Part shown: one piece after another, positions 54,942-64,000 of the stretch
How positions within the stretch are numbered: position 1 is the first letter of the stretch
How the letters are laid out: each line of letters opens with the position of its first letter
Source: Opitutales bacterium
Lineage (GTDB): Bacteria > Verrucomicrobiota > Verrucomicrobiia > Opitutales > UBA2987
Assembly: GCA_965226885.1 (NCBI GenBank)
Contig: CBDDEL010000017.1
Coordinates: forward strand, 128,001-192,000
DNA length: 64,000 nt
Direction of reading: 5' to 3'
The notes under the pieces: model-generated
What the model saw: only the letters and a program-made list of their open reading frames with translations
The model's database searches: none
What the model was told of the DNA's origin: nothing
Program-made: the position numbers and the translations under genes

Positions 54942-55955
54942 ATGAATAACAATAGCAACGGCAACGAACTCAAATGGTTTAAAGGCAATACCCATACCCA
55001 TACCCTCAATTCGGACGGCGATAGCCCTCCCGGAGAAGTGGCCCAATGGTATCGCGATCACGATTACGATTTTCTCGTCTTGAGCGACCACAATTACCTC
55101 ACAAAGATTGATGAGCTACAGCATCAGCTCGATCACCAGCGCAAGCGCAAGCAATTTGAATACAAACCGTTTTTGCTCATACCGGGAGAGGAAACATCCA
55201 GCGATATAACCATTGATGGTAAGCGTCAAGTCATCCACGTGAATGGCATCAATACCGCAAGGGTTATCGGCAATCAGGAAGGAGATACCGGTCGTGAAAT
55301 TATGCAGAAAGCCATTGACGAGATACACGGCGCGGGCGGATTCCCCCACGTCAACCATCCCAATTTTTATTGGTCCATCAGCGCGGACGACCTCTATTCC
55401 ATGAAACGCCTGCGTCATTTCGAAATCTTTAATGGCCACCAGAAAGTTCACGTTTCTGGCGGCGGAGGGCATCTCAGCGTCGATGAAATGTGGGACGACC
55501 TCCTTAGCCGGGGCCGTATCTACTACGGTCTGGCCACGGACGATGGCCATCATTTCCAGGATTGGGGGCCTCATGTTGCCAACCCCGGCCGCGGTTGGAT
55601 TGTCGTCAGAGCGGCTGAACTGACTCGCCAATCCGTGATCGAAGCAATACGGGGAGGAGATTTTTACGCCTCCACAGGTGTCGAACTGGAAGATGTCTCC
55701 ATGACAGAAAATACCTTGCGGATAAAAATAATGCCCGAGGTATTCGACGAACCGAAAAAAAGCCAGAATGCCAACTGCTACCGCACCTGTTTTATCGGTC
55801 AGGGAGGAAAGGTTCTCAAAATTGACGAATCCATGGAACCCGTTTACCGGCTCCAACCCGAAGACCTCTATGTCCGTGCCAAGGTAGTATCCAGCAACGG
55901 CCGAAACGCCTGGACCCAGCCTCTCTTTGCACCCGGCCAAGGGACCTTCGAGTAA
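54942..55955 (+). CDS. PHP-domain metallohydrolase (CehA/McbA-like)
   Basis: KGNTHTHT..SDG, SDHN, NHP and TDDGH motifs. Confidence 0.85.
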   Translation: MNNNSNGNELKWFKGNTHTHTLNSDGDSPPGEVAQWYRDHDYDFLVLSDHNYLTKIDELQHQLDHQRKRKQFEYKPFLLIPGEETSSDITIDGKRQVIHVNGINTARVIGNQEGDTGREIMQKAIDEIHGAGGFPHVNHPNFYWSISADDLYSMKRLRHFEIFNGHQKVHVSGGGGHLSVDEMWDDLLSRGRIYYGLATDDGHHFQDWGPHVANPGRGWIVVRAAELTRQSVIEAIRGGDFYASTGVELEDVSMTENTLRIKIMPEVFDEPKKSQNANCYRTCFIGQGGKVLKIDESMEPVYRLQPEDLYVRAKVVSSNGRNAWTQPLFAPGQGTFE

Positions 55956-56027
55956 ACCCCTCACACATAGCCCTGCCAATGGTTAAATCTCCATTACAGG
56001 GGTCTTGGGCAGGCGCCTGGGATGTGG

Positions 56028-57174
56028 TCAGGTTGTTTGTTCATAGGAACCATCGGCTCTTTTGATTAGAAGTTTTTTTAGTTCGAGCATCATGAGGGCG
56101 GCGGTGACTTCGTTCAGGGGCAGGCCAGTGATTTCATTGACGACATCAGGGTAAAGAATGGAGCCGTCGGCGAAACATTGGGCAACGGTCATTTCAGTTT
56201 CGCCTAGATTGTCGGGTAGGTATTTTTTCGGAGAAGGTTCTTTAACCCCGCTGGCGGAGGATTCGAGGTCGAAGTGCATTTGACCGGTGTAGCGCAGTTC
56301 CTCGACCAGATCGTCCACCGAGGAGAGCAGTAGTTGCGCCATCCCTGATCAGGCGATTGCAGCCCCGGCTGGCCGCCTGGTCGATGCGCCCGGGCACGGC
56401 GAAAAGGAAGCGCCCGTGCTCTCCGGCAAATCTGGCCGTGATCATGCTGCCGCCTTTGAGGTCGCTTTCCCCCACGATGACCGCCTGGCACATGCCGGAA
56501 ATGAGGCGGTTGCGCATGGGAAAGGTTTGCCGGTCGGCGCGTCGTCCGAAGGAAAACTCGGAAATAACGGCCCCGGCTCCCGGTTGAGCAATGCTCCTAT
56601 AAAGTTCAAGATTTTCCGGAGGGTAAATGATATCCAGGCCGCAGCCCATAATGGCCACCTTTTTGCCCCCGGCATCAAGGGCGCCTTGGTGGGCTTCGCT
56701 ATCTATTCCGCGGGCAAACCCGCTGACCACGCAAAATCCCAACCGGATTAAATCACCTGCCAGTCGTGCGGCCACCGAACGGCCGTAGAGTGTGGGCCGC
56801 CTGGTTCCCACAATGGCTGCAAAAGTGGTATTTAAAAGGGTGTCGCCCTTGCAATAAAGCCCGATTGGAGGGTCATAAATTTCCCGCAGCAGGGCCGGAT
56901 ACTCCTCGTCATTAATGGTTATGAAACGGGCGCCATGTTTTTGCAGCAAGTTTTCTTCCCGCGAGAGGTCGAAATGCAGGGGCCAGTCGAGAATCGCGCG
57001 GGAAGATTTCTGACCGATTCCTTCAACTTCGAGGAGGGATTTTTGGCCGGCTTTGAATATTGCCAGGGCCCCGCCCCCAAATCGTTTGAGCAACCGGGTT
57101 GTGGAAACCGGCCCGATTCCAGGCAGCCCGCTAAGAATCATGAGTGCCTGCCGTTCGTTCAAAATTTTACTCAT
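56028..57174 (-). pseudogene. dprA: DNA-processing protein DprA with a +1 frameshift before the C-terminal domain
   Basis: IVGTR, VSGFARGID, FPMRNRLISG and AVPG motifs. DGAT|LLSSVDDL is split by one extra base near 56328-56336, leaving the C-terminal part in ORF 56028-56342. Confidence 0.85.
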
Positions 57175-58732
57175 TCCGCAGCACCGCGCTCAGATAATCG
57201 ATCATGTCTGTAGTGGCAACGGCTGTGGGGCCTTTGCAGCGAGCTAGGGCGTCGGCGGCCAAACCGTGCCAGACAACTGCCCGGCAGGCCGCTTCGAATG
57301 GGTTCGCCCCGGGAAAAGCCAGACGGCTTCCGGCCAGACCGCTGAGTATGTCTCCGCTGCCGCCCCTGGCCAGAATGGGCCCCCCGAATGGGCTCACCAT
57401 GATCCGGGAGCCGTCGCAAATGCGGCTCAGGGGGCCTTTCAAAATAACAATAACACGGTTATCCCGGCAGAAGTTTAATAGTTCCAATTCGTCGAAATCA
57501 GAATTTTTTTCTTTTCCAGAAATCCGCCTTAATTCGCCCCTGTGGGGAGTCAGGAGCACACTTCCGGCGGAGGGGGGCCTGAGCGCCGCCGAAGCCACCA
57601 CCTCGGGTTGCAGGGCATCGGCATCCAGCGCCAATGGCAGGGGAATTTCCCGCACAACTCGCTGTATCAAGGCATGGGTCTCTTTTTCCCGGCCCATTCC
57701 GGGGCCTGTCAGAAGAGCGGTGGCCCGGCCTATGTTTTTTTCCAATAGGTGAAATCCCTCCAGGGCGAGGCCGCCTTCGGGAGTTTCCGGCCAGGGAACC
57801 CACATGGCCTCCGGGGCGGCGGCGGCAAATTGCGCGGCAACGGATTCGGGCACAAAGGCCGTGAGCAAACCAACGCCGCTTTTCAATGCCGCCCGCACAG
57901 CCATGAGAACCGCTCCGGGCATGGAACGGGAACCGGCCAAAACAAAGAGGTGCCCGTAGGAACGTTTGTCCGTCTGCGCAGGCCTGAGCCCCCCCAGCGG
58001 ATGCAGAACCGAGGGTAGAAGAATGAAATTTTTTCTCTCCTCCGCTTGGCCGCTTTCGAAAAACCCGATGTCGAGATACCTCACACGGCCCGCATGGGAA
58101 GCATTTTCGGGGGCAAAAAGCGGTTCTTTGGCGATTCCCGTAGCATAAGTGAAATCGGCCCGGAAACATTCCTTGGCGGAGACATCCCCCACTCCGCTGG
58201 GCAGATCTACGGCCGCCCGCATCCGGACCGATGGTAAGTGATTGATCCAGGCCACGATGGCGTCGCCGGGCGGTCGAAATGGCGGCTTGAATTGCATCCC
58301 GAAGATGCCGTCGAGGCAAATGTGAAAGGCCGCTTCTTCGGCTCCTATAAACGGTTTTTGAGACCAGGAAATGGTTTCAACCCGTTCTCCGCCCACCCGT
58401 AGAAGGTTGTCCAGGCAGCGATGGGTCAGGGTTTTCAAATCCTTCGAGCCATAAACGAAAAGCAATTTGAGACGGGCGGTGGGATGCTCCTGGAGAATTT
58501 CCTGACAGGCGATGAGAGCGTCTCCGGCATTGTGCCCCTTGCCCAGCAAGGCGAGGACGCGGAGGGGCGCAGGGATGGGCCCGATTTCCCCATAATCGTG
58601 CAAAATGGCCCTTCCCAACGAATGCCCGGCGCGGTTCATGGCATCCCATTCCTTCTCTTCCACCCCGCCCAGAAGGCGGCGCTCGAAATCCATGGCTTGC
58701 TGGCAGGAGAGGATGGGGTGGGCGTGAATCAT
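57167..58732 (-). CDS. nnr: Bifunctional NAD(P)H-hydrate epimerase/dehydratase
   Basis: GKGHNAGD, AVDLPSG, GPGMG, DADAL, TPHRGE and ARGGSGDILSG motifs. Confidence 0.93.
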   Translation of the reverse strand: MIHAHPILSCQQAMDFERRLLGGVEEKEWDAMNRAGHSLGRAILHDYGEIGPIPAPLRVLALLGKGHNAGDALIACQEILQEHPTARLKLLFVYGSKDLKTLTHRCLDNLLRVGGERVETISWSQKPFIGAEEAAFHICLDGIFGMQFKPPFRPPGDAIVAWINHLPSVRMRAAVDLPSGVGDVSAKECFRADFTYATGIAKEPLFAPENASHAGRVRYLDIGFFESGQAEERKNFILLPSVLHPLGGLRPAQTDKRSYGHLFVLAGSRSMPGAVLMAVRAALKSGVGLLTAFVPESVAAQFAAAAPEAMWVPWPETPEGGLALEGFHLLEKNIGRATALLTGPGMGREKETHALIQRVVREIPLPLALDADALQPEVVASAALRPPSAGSVLLTPHRGELRRISGKEKNSDFDELELLNFCRDNRVIVILKGPLSRICDGSRIMVSPFGGPILARGGSGDILSGLAGSRLAFPGANPFEAACRAVVWHGLAADALARCKGPTAVATTDMIDYLSAVLRNE

Positions 58733-58767
58733 CTAAATTTCACCTGGATGACCGAAGAATGAAACTC

Positions 58768-59535
58768 TCATTCCGCGGTTAAATTCATGCGCTGTTTCAT
58801 TTCCCGCACGGCTTCCTTGATTCCGTAATATAAGGCCCGGCTCATTATGCTATGGCCGATGTTGAGTTCATACAGCTGGGGCAATTGCCGGATTTCGGCG
58901 ATATTTATGTAATTGATGCCATGCCCGGCATTCACCGTGATGCCCAAATCGTGGGCCTGCTCGGCACCTAAGCGCAATTTTTGCAATTCACTGCGGCGAG
59001 CTTCCAAGTCATAATAGGCGTTGGCGTAAGCCCCCGTGTGCAGCTCAATGAAGGGGCTTTTCATCTCCGCCGCAGCCTTGATTTGTTCCGGCTCGGGATC
59101 GATGAACAAACTGGTGGCGATGCCGTTGGCGTTAAATGTTTCGACGATATTGCCCACCCGCTCGCGCTGCCCGTTGACGTCCAGCCCGCCTTCGGTGCTC
59201 ACCTCTTCCCGGCCTTCCGGCACCAGGCAAACGAATTCGGGTTTCACATTGAGCGCGAACCGTACCATATCATCGGTGCAGGCCATTTCAAGATTGAGTC
59301 GGGTTTGTATGCACTCGCGCAGCCGCCGCACATCGCTTTCCTGAATATGACGGCGATCCTCGCGCAGGTGAACGGTTATTCCGTCCACCCCGGCGCGTTC
59401 AGCGGACAAGGCCAGAGCAACGGAGTCGGGCTCGACCATCTGCCCGCAATCCCGCCCGGCGTCCCGGTAGCGGGCCTGGCGCAGAGTTGCGCAATGGTCG
59501 ATATTAAGCCCCAGCAATATTGTATTTGAAGACAT
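58768..59535 (-). CDS. pdxJ: Pyridoxine 5'-phosphate synthase
   Basis: NIDHCATLRQAR, HLREDRRHI, TEGG, ELHTG and NAGHG motifs. Confidence 0.97.
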   Translation of the reverse strand: MSSNTILLGLNIDHCATLRQARYRDAGRDCGQMVEPDSVALALSAERAGVDGITVHLREDRRHIQESDVRRLRECIQTRLNLEMACTDDMVRFALNVKPEFVCLVPEGREEVSTEGGLDVNGQRERVGNIVETFNANGIATSLFIDPEPEQIKAAAEMKSPFIELHTGAYANAYYDLEARRSELQKLRLGAEQAHDLGITVNAGHGINYINIAEIRQLPQLYELNIGHSIMSRALYYGIKEAVREMKQRMNLTAE

Positions 59536-59555
59536 GACAAGTGAAGAATGCCTAG

Positions 59556-61141
59556 CCCGGAAATTTCATAAAAAAAGTATCGCTGATATGCTTATCTGCT
59601 GATATACAGCAGGATAGATTAAACATTAAAGCAATATCAGCGATGACAAAAAGTAAACAATTAGAACTACAGTTGACAAGGGTAAAAGGCCGCCGTGTGC
59701 GGGTTGATTTTAAGGGCGGTGAGGTTACTTCGGATGCCGGGCTGCTTTTGATCCGGGAAGTGGATCGGCGGTTGGGCTTGACCGAGCAAGCGGCCCGGCA
59801 ATTAGTAGACAAACGGCAGAAGGGCAAAGTGCGCCATGAGATGCTGGCCATGATCCGGCAGCGCGTTTACGGGCTGGGGGCGGGCTATGAGGATTTGAAC
59901 GACTTTGACACCCTGCGCCGCGATCCTTTGTTGCAAACGGTAACGGGGCGCACTGAAGCGTTGGCCAGCGCGCCGACTTTGTGTCGTTTTGAAAACGGGC
60001 AGGATCGGCGGGCAGCCTTTGCCCTGAACGAGTTGCTGGTCGAACAGTTCATGGGATCCTTTGCCGAGGAACCCGAAGAGATCATCCTGGACTTTGACGC
60101 CACCGACAATCCGGTGCACGGGCTCCAGGAGGGACGTTTTTTCCACGGTTATTATGATCATTACTGTTTTTTGCCGCTGTATGTGTTTTTTGCCGCTGTA
60201 TGTTTTTTGCGGCGATCAGCTTCTGGTGGCCTACCTGCGGCCCAGCAAGATCGATGCGAGCAAGCATGCCGGGGCCATCCTCAAATTGCTGGTTAAACGG
60301 ATTCGCCAAAGCTGGCCCCATACGCGGATTATTTGGCGTGCCGACAGCGGATTCTGCCGGGATCGGATTCTCTCGTGGTGCGAGCGCAACGAGGTCTATT
60401 TTATAGTGGGAACGGCCCGCCATGCACGCTTGCAGCAAGCGGCCCGGCAGTTGCAGGAGCAAGCCAAACAATGGTTCGAGGGTAGCGGCAAAAAGCAACG
60501 GCTGTTTCAGCACTTCGAGTATGGGGCAAAATCGTGGCGGCGCCAACGCCTTATCATCCACAAAGCCGAACACACCGCACAGGGGTCCAACCCGCGCTTC
60601 GTGGTGACGAACCTGCAGGGCGATCCCCAAGAGCTTTACGACAAAGTATACTGTGGCCGCGGTGAGATGGAGAACCGGATCAAGGAACAGATGCAATTGT
60701 TCAGCGAACGCACCAGCGCGCATAAATGGTGGGCCAACCAGTGGCGATTGCTCTTGTCGGGGCTGGCCTACACCTTGATGGAAGCCTTGCGCCGGTTCGC
60801 ATTAAAAGGGACGAAGTGGGCGCGGCTCCAATGCCACAGTCTACGGCTAAAATTAATCAAGATCGGAGCGGTAATCGTGCGCAACACCCGAACGATTCAC
60901 TTTCATCTAAGTGAAAGTTATCCATGGGCCAGTCTTTTCAACCATGCGGCCCGCCGGTTGGTGCCAACCTAAAGGGCGCATTGGCGCTGCCCCCGGCGCT
61001 ACCGAACCAATGGGGGAAAGGGGGAAGTGTCTCTACACCCTGAAAAACACCTCAAAATCAAGACGATCCGCCCAAAATACAAAGAAATCCATCTCCAATA
61101 GCAATAACGAGCCAAACTTTACCCTTCATGAAATATCCGGG
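59556..61141 (+). mobile_element. IS1380-family element, copy F (isoform 2); transposase frameshifted by a 19-bp duplication
   Basis: 1586 bp; CTAG flanks; duplication at 60165-60202. Confidence 0.95.
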
Positions 61142-61164
61142 CTAGCTGATCCCGTTCCGTTTGT

Positions 61165-61932
61165 CTAATCCAAATTAACGGCTTCCAGAGGAAGGCCGGT
61201 TTGCTCTGGAGTGGACTCGTGGGCAAAAATATTTCGTAAAAAAAAAGGCCTGTGTTCCGCCGTCCGTCCAACCCGTAAAATAGCCGAGCGATGTTCAGAA
61301 GTGCCGTAGCCTTTGTTGCGGGCGAACCCGTAGCCGGGATAGGTGAGTTCCATTTCCCGCATGATTTCATCCCTCGTCACCTTGGCCAGAATGGAGGCCA
61401 GGGCAATGGCCAGCGATTTACCGTCGCCTTTGACGATCGCCTTGTGTGCATAGGGAAACGGTCTCAGAGGCTTGCCATCGATCAAGATCAGGCTGAAAAT
61501 TCTATCTTCCCGGCTTGTTTTCTCGAACAGGGGATTGTTGGCGCTTTTCAAAGGCAAAGACAGGTCAGTTTGGGCCGTTTTGATAATCGCTTCAAGGGCT
61601 CGGCGCATGGCCAGTCGAGTGGCCCCGAGAATGTTGTAAGCGTTGATCTCGGCTACGCTGGCCAAACCGGTTTCGGCGTGCAATTTGCCGGATTTTTTCA
61701 GGTTTTGAATTTCCTCGAAAATAAATTCCCGTTGCGGCTCATCGAGTTTTTTCGAGTCGTCGACGGCATCAGCCCGCATTTCACACCATGAGCTTTGTAG
61801 GAATTGATGTTGCAAACACACCGCGCCCGCCACCACCGGCCCCGCCAGGCAGCCGCGCCCGGCTTCATCGACCCCCACCAGCCGCTCACAACCGGCAATA
61901 TGCTCAAGGTCGAATCGGCGCAGGGAATTCAT
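61165..61932 (-). CDS. rnhB: Ribonuclease HII
   Basis: GVDEAGRGCLAGPV, DSKK, IDG, KGD, ASILAKV and NKGYGT motifs. Confidence 0.95.
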   Translation of the reverse strand: MNSLRRFDLEHIAGCERLVGVDEAGRGCLAGPVVAGAVCLQHQFLQSSWCEMRADAVDDSKKLDEPQREFIFEEIQNLKKSGKLHAETGLASVAEINAYNILGATRLAMRRALEAIIKTAQTDLSLPLKSANNPLFEKTSREDRIFSLILIDGKPLRPFPYAHKAIVKGDGKSLAIALASILAKVTRDEIMREMELTYPGYGFARNKGYGTSEHRSAILRVGRTAEHRPFFLRNIFAHESTPEQTGLPLEAVNLD

Positions 61933-61957
61933 TTTGAGGGGGGCCGGAAAACACGAT

Positions 61958-62944
61958 TTAATATTTAACCCAGGTCTTTTTTACCGGGACCGGTAAACCG
62001 AGAACTTCGTAGGAGATTTTGAAATGGAGCTTGGCAAAATCTCCCAAAGCATCGGGACCGAGCTGCCCGATCAACTTGCCCGCCTGGGCTTTGACCAGTG
62101 CGCCGGCCCCTTTTTTCAATTCTTCCCCAAAGTTTTTGGACAATTTCTGCATTTGCCGGACGAACTCGGCCCGGGCCACGATGGAAGCCGCCGCCACCAC
62201 CGGGTCGGACTCCGCGTGGGTCCGCATTTGCAGGTCGAATTTCACGCCATTTTCCTTCAGGACCTTTTGCACCAGGGGCTGCTTGCTGAACTGGTCCAGC
62301 ATACCCCAGGGAACCTCCTTTTTTTGCAGAGCTTCCTCCAGAGCCCGGGCGTGCAGCCAGGCCATCAACTTGTTTAGGTTGGCCTGTGGTCGGGACATCA
62401 GTTGGTTGTATTTGGTCATGCCGCAGAATGCCGTTTTGACGACAACGCCCCTGGTTCGCCGGATTATTTTATCGAGTCGCAATATCTGTGAATCGGATAA
62501 CCTTTTGCTGTCCCGGACACCCTCTTCCATCCATTTGCCGACGATATCACCATCCACGATGACAGTAGCGCAAACGACCGGCCCAAAAAGATCGCCCTTG
62601 CCCGCTTCGTCGAGACCGGCATGAGCTTCGAACCACTCGGGATGATGCACCTCGTCATAGCCCAGGCGGGGATCGCCGGTAATTTCCGTTTCCAGCACAT
62701 CACGCACGAAATCCTCCGTGCCTTTACCCGAGATGACAAGCTTTCCACTCTTATAACCGACCACATTGACCTTCAACATTTTGTTTTTGAAGGCATAGCG
62801 GGCGTAATCGACGGCGTAAAATTCCCACAAACGAAAATCGCAATAAGCTTTCAATTTTTCCATCTGGTCATCGTCCAGTGCGATGGTGTAAAGAGTGATT
62901 TTTTTGGGACCTTCGTCGTCGGAATACTTTGCTTTTTTGGCCAT
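61958..62944 (-). CDS. rnhC: Ribonuclease HIII
   Basis: N-terminal TBP-like domain (YKSGKLVISGK), GLDEAGKGDLFGP, DSK, DQF, AAASIVAR and AKLHFK motifs. Confidence 0.92.
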   Translation of the reverse strand: MAKKAKYSDDEGPKKITLYTIALDDDQMEKLKAYCDFRLWEFYAVDYARYAFKNKMLKVNVVGYKSGKLVISGKGTEDFVRDVLETEITGDPRLGYDEVHHPEWFEAHAGLDEAGKGDLFGPVVCATVIVDGDIVGKWMEEGVRDSKRLSDSQILRLDKIIRRTRGVVVKTAFCGMTKYNQLMSRPQANLNKLMAWLHARALEEALQKKEVPWGMLDQFSKQPLVQKVLKENGVKFDLQMRTHAESDPVVAAASIVARAEFVRQMQKLSKNFGEELKKGAGALVKAQAGKLIGQLGPDALGDFAKLHFKISYEVLGLPVPVKKTWVKY

Positions 62945-63009
62945 TGCAGCGCATTAATGCAGATTCCATGCGACGATTCAATCAAGTAACCGGCAATGCC
63001 TGAAATCTT

Positions 63010-64000
63010 GTGAAAAACCTGGCCGCTTTTCGTAGAAAACTGGGAACTTGGTATGATGCCCACGCCAGGAAGCTGCCCTGGCGGCAGCAAGTGAGCCTTT
63101 ATCGCGCCGTGGTCTCCGAGTTCATGTGCCAGCAAACGCGCATCGACACTGCGATTCCCTATTTTCATCGCTGGATGGAGGCGTTTCCGGATTTCAATAC
63201 CCTGGCCGATGCGAATGAGGAAAAAGTTCTCAAGCTCTGGGAGGGGTTGGGTTATTACCGACGCGCGCGCAACCTCCAAGGTTTGGCCATTTCGTTGGTG
63301 AAACTGGAAAAAATGCCCACTTCGGCCGCCCAATGGGAAAAGTTTCCCGGCGTGGGCCAATATACCGCAGCGGCCATCACGAGCATAAGTTTCGGAACCG
63401 CCGCCGCCTGCGTGGATGGCAATGTGGTCCGCCTCCTGGCACGAATTTACAATGTGCAAAAGGAGTTTAAAAATAGTTCTGAGGCGGCCGGATATTTTCG
63501 GGAAAAAGCGGAACGGCTTCTCGATGGCCAAAACCCCGGACGGCACAACCAGGCAATGATGGAGTTGGGCGCCATCGTTTGCCTGAAAACCCGTCCCAGA
63601 TGCTCGCAATGCCCTGTCGCCTCTTATTGCCAGGCTAGACAGGCGGGAACAGAGGAATCATTGCCGCATTTTCGCTCCCGTAAAACTTCCGCCGTCAATG
63701 TCACCCGGCTATGGGCGCGGATGGGCGATGCCCTGCTTTTGCACCGAATTCCCCCCAACGGTCCCCGGCTGGCAAACCTCTTTGAACTGCCACCGGTCGA
63801 GAATCTACTGCTCAATGGATGTGAAAAAACATTAATCAAACAGGCCAAGCGTTCCATCGGCAATCAAAGGATAACGGAACGCATATACAGCATAGATCCA
63901 GACCGGAATTTGCCGGGTAAAATCGGGAAAAATTCCGACTTGAAATGGATTTCATTGGACGCCTTGGATACGATTACCCTCTCCGGGCCGCACCGCCGAT
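63010..64000 (+). CDS. mutY: A/G-specific adenine glycosylase, 3'-partial
   Basis: Hand translation from GTG 63010: WY...RKLPWR, VSEFMCQQT, WEGLGYYRRARNL, PGVGQYTAAAI, VDGNV, QAMMELGAIVC and the 4Fe-4S Cys motif; runs off the window. Confidence 0.93.
   Translation, partial: MKNLAAFRRKLGTWYDAHARKLPWRQQVSLYRAVVSEFMCQQTRIDTAIPYFHRWMEAFPDFNTLADANEEKVLKLWEGLGYYRRARNLQGLAISLVKLEKMPTSAAQWEKFPGVGQYTAAAITSISFGTAAACVDGNVVRLLARIYNVQKEFKNSSEAAGYFREKAERLLDGQNPGRHNQAMMELGAIVCLKTRPRCSQCPVASYCQARQAGTEESLPHFRSRKTSAVNVTRLWARMGDALLLHRIPPNGPRLANLFELPPVENLLLNGCEKTLIKQAKRSIGNQRITERIYSIDPDRNLPGKIGKNSDLKWISLDALDTITLSGPHRR

Noticed and set aside
53799..58319. Long alternative-frame and antisense ORFs (e.g. 53869-54663, 55116-55979, 57498-58319; also 62851-63609)
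   Set aside because: Shadows of well-supported genes, expected at this GC content, with no motifs.

Overview
A 64-kb bacterial chromosomal segment. Gene content and order suggest Verrucomicrobiota (Opitutae-like); this is inference only. A housekeeping backbone (lspA, xylB, mgtE, yhaM, ispA, priA, fur, nadA, pilD, xdhCAB, tgt, trpG/pabA, nrdR, hinT, lysA, nnr, pdxJ, rnhB, rnhC, mutY) is heavily invaded by insertion sequences. There are 6 IS1380-family copies (two isoforms, CTAG target), 3 IS1-family, 2 IS21-family, 1 IS3-family, and 1 IS5/ISNCY-like element plus a remnant of its left end. Together these are about 20 kb, roughly 31% of the window. At least eight host genes are disrupted. The most striking unexplained signal is five exact 8-bp tandem duplications with no junction microhomology (in xylA, twice in an MFS gene, in a methyltransferase and in an IS1380 transposase), plus 17-, 19- and 33-bp duplications. 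They look like target-site duplications left with no element between them, i.e. 'hit-and-run' transposition footprints. Swapped target duplications and a split azoR gene also record an IS-mediated ~11-kb inversion (25.37-36.58 kb). No rRNA, tRNA or CRISPR array was recognised.
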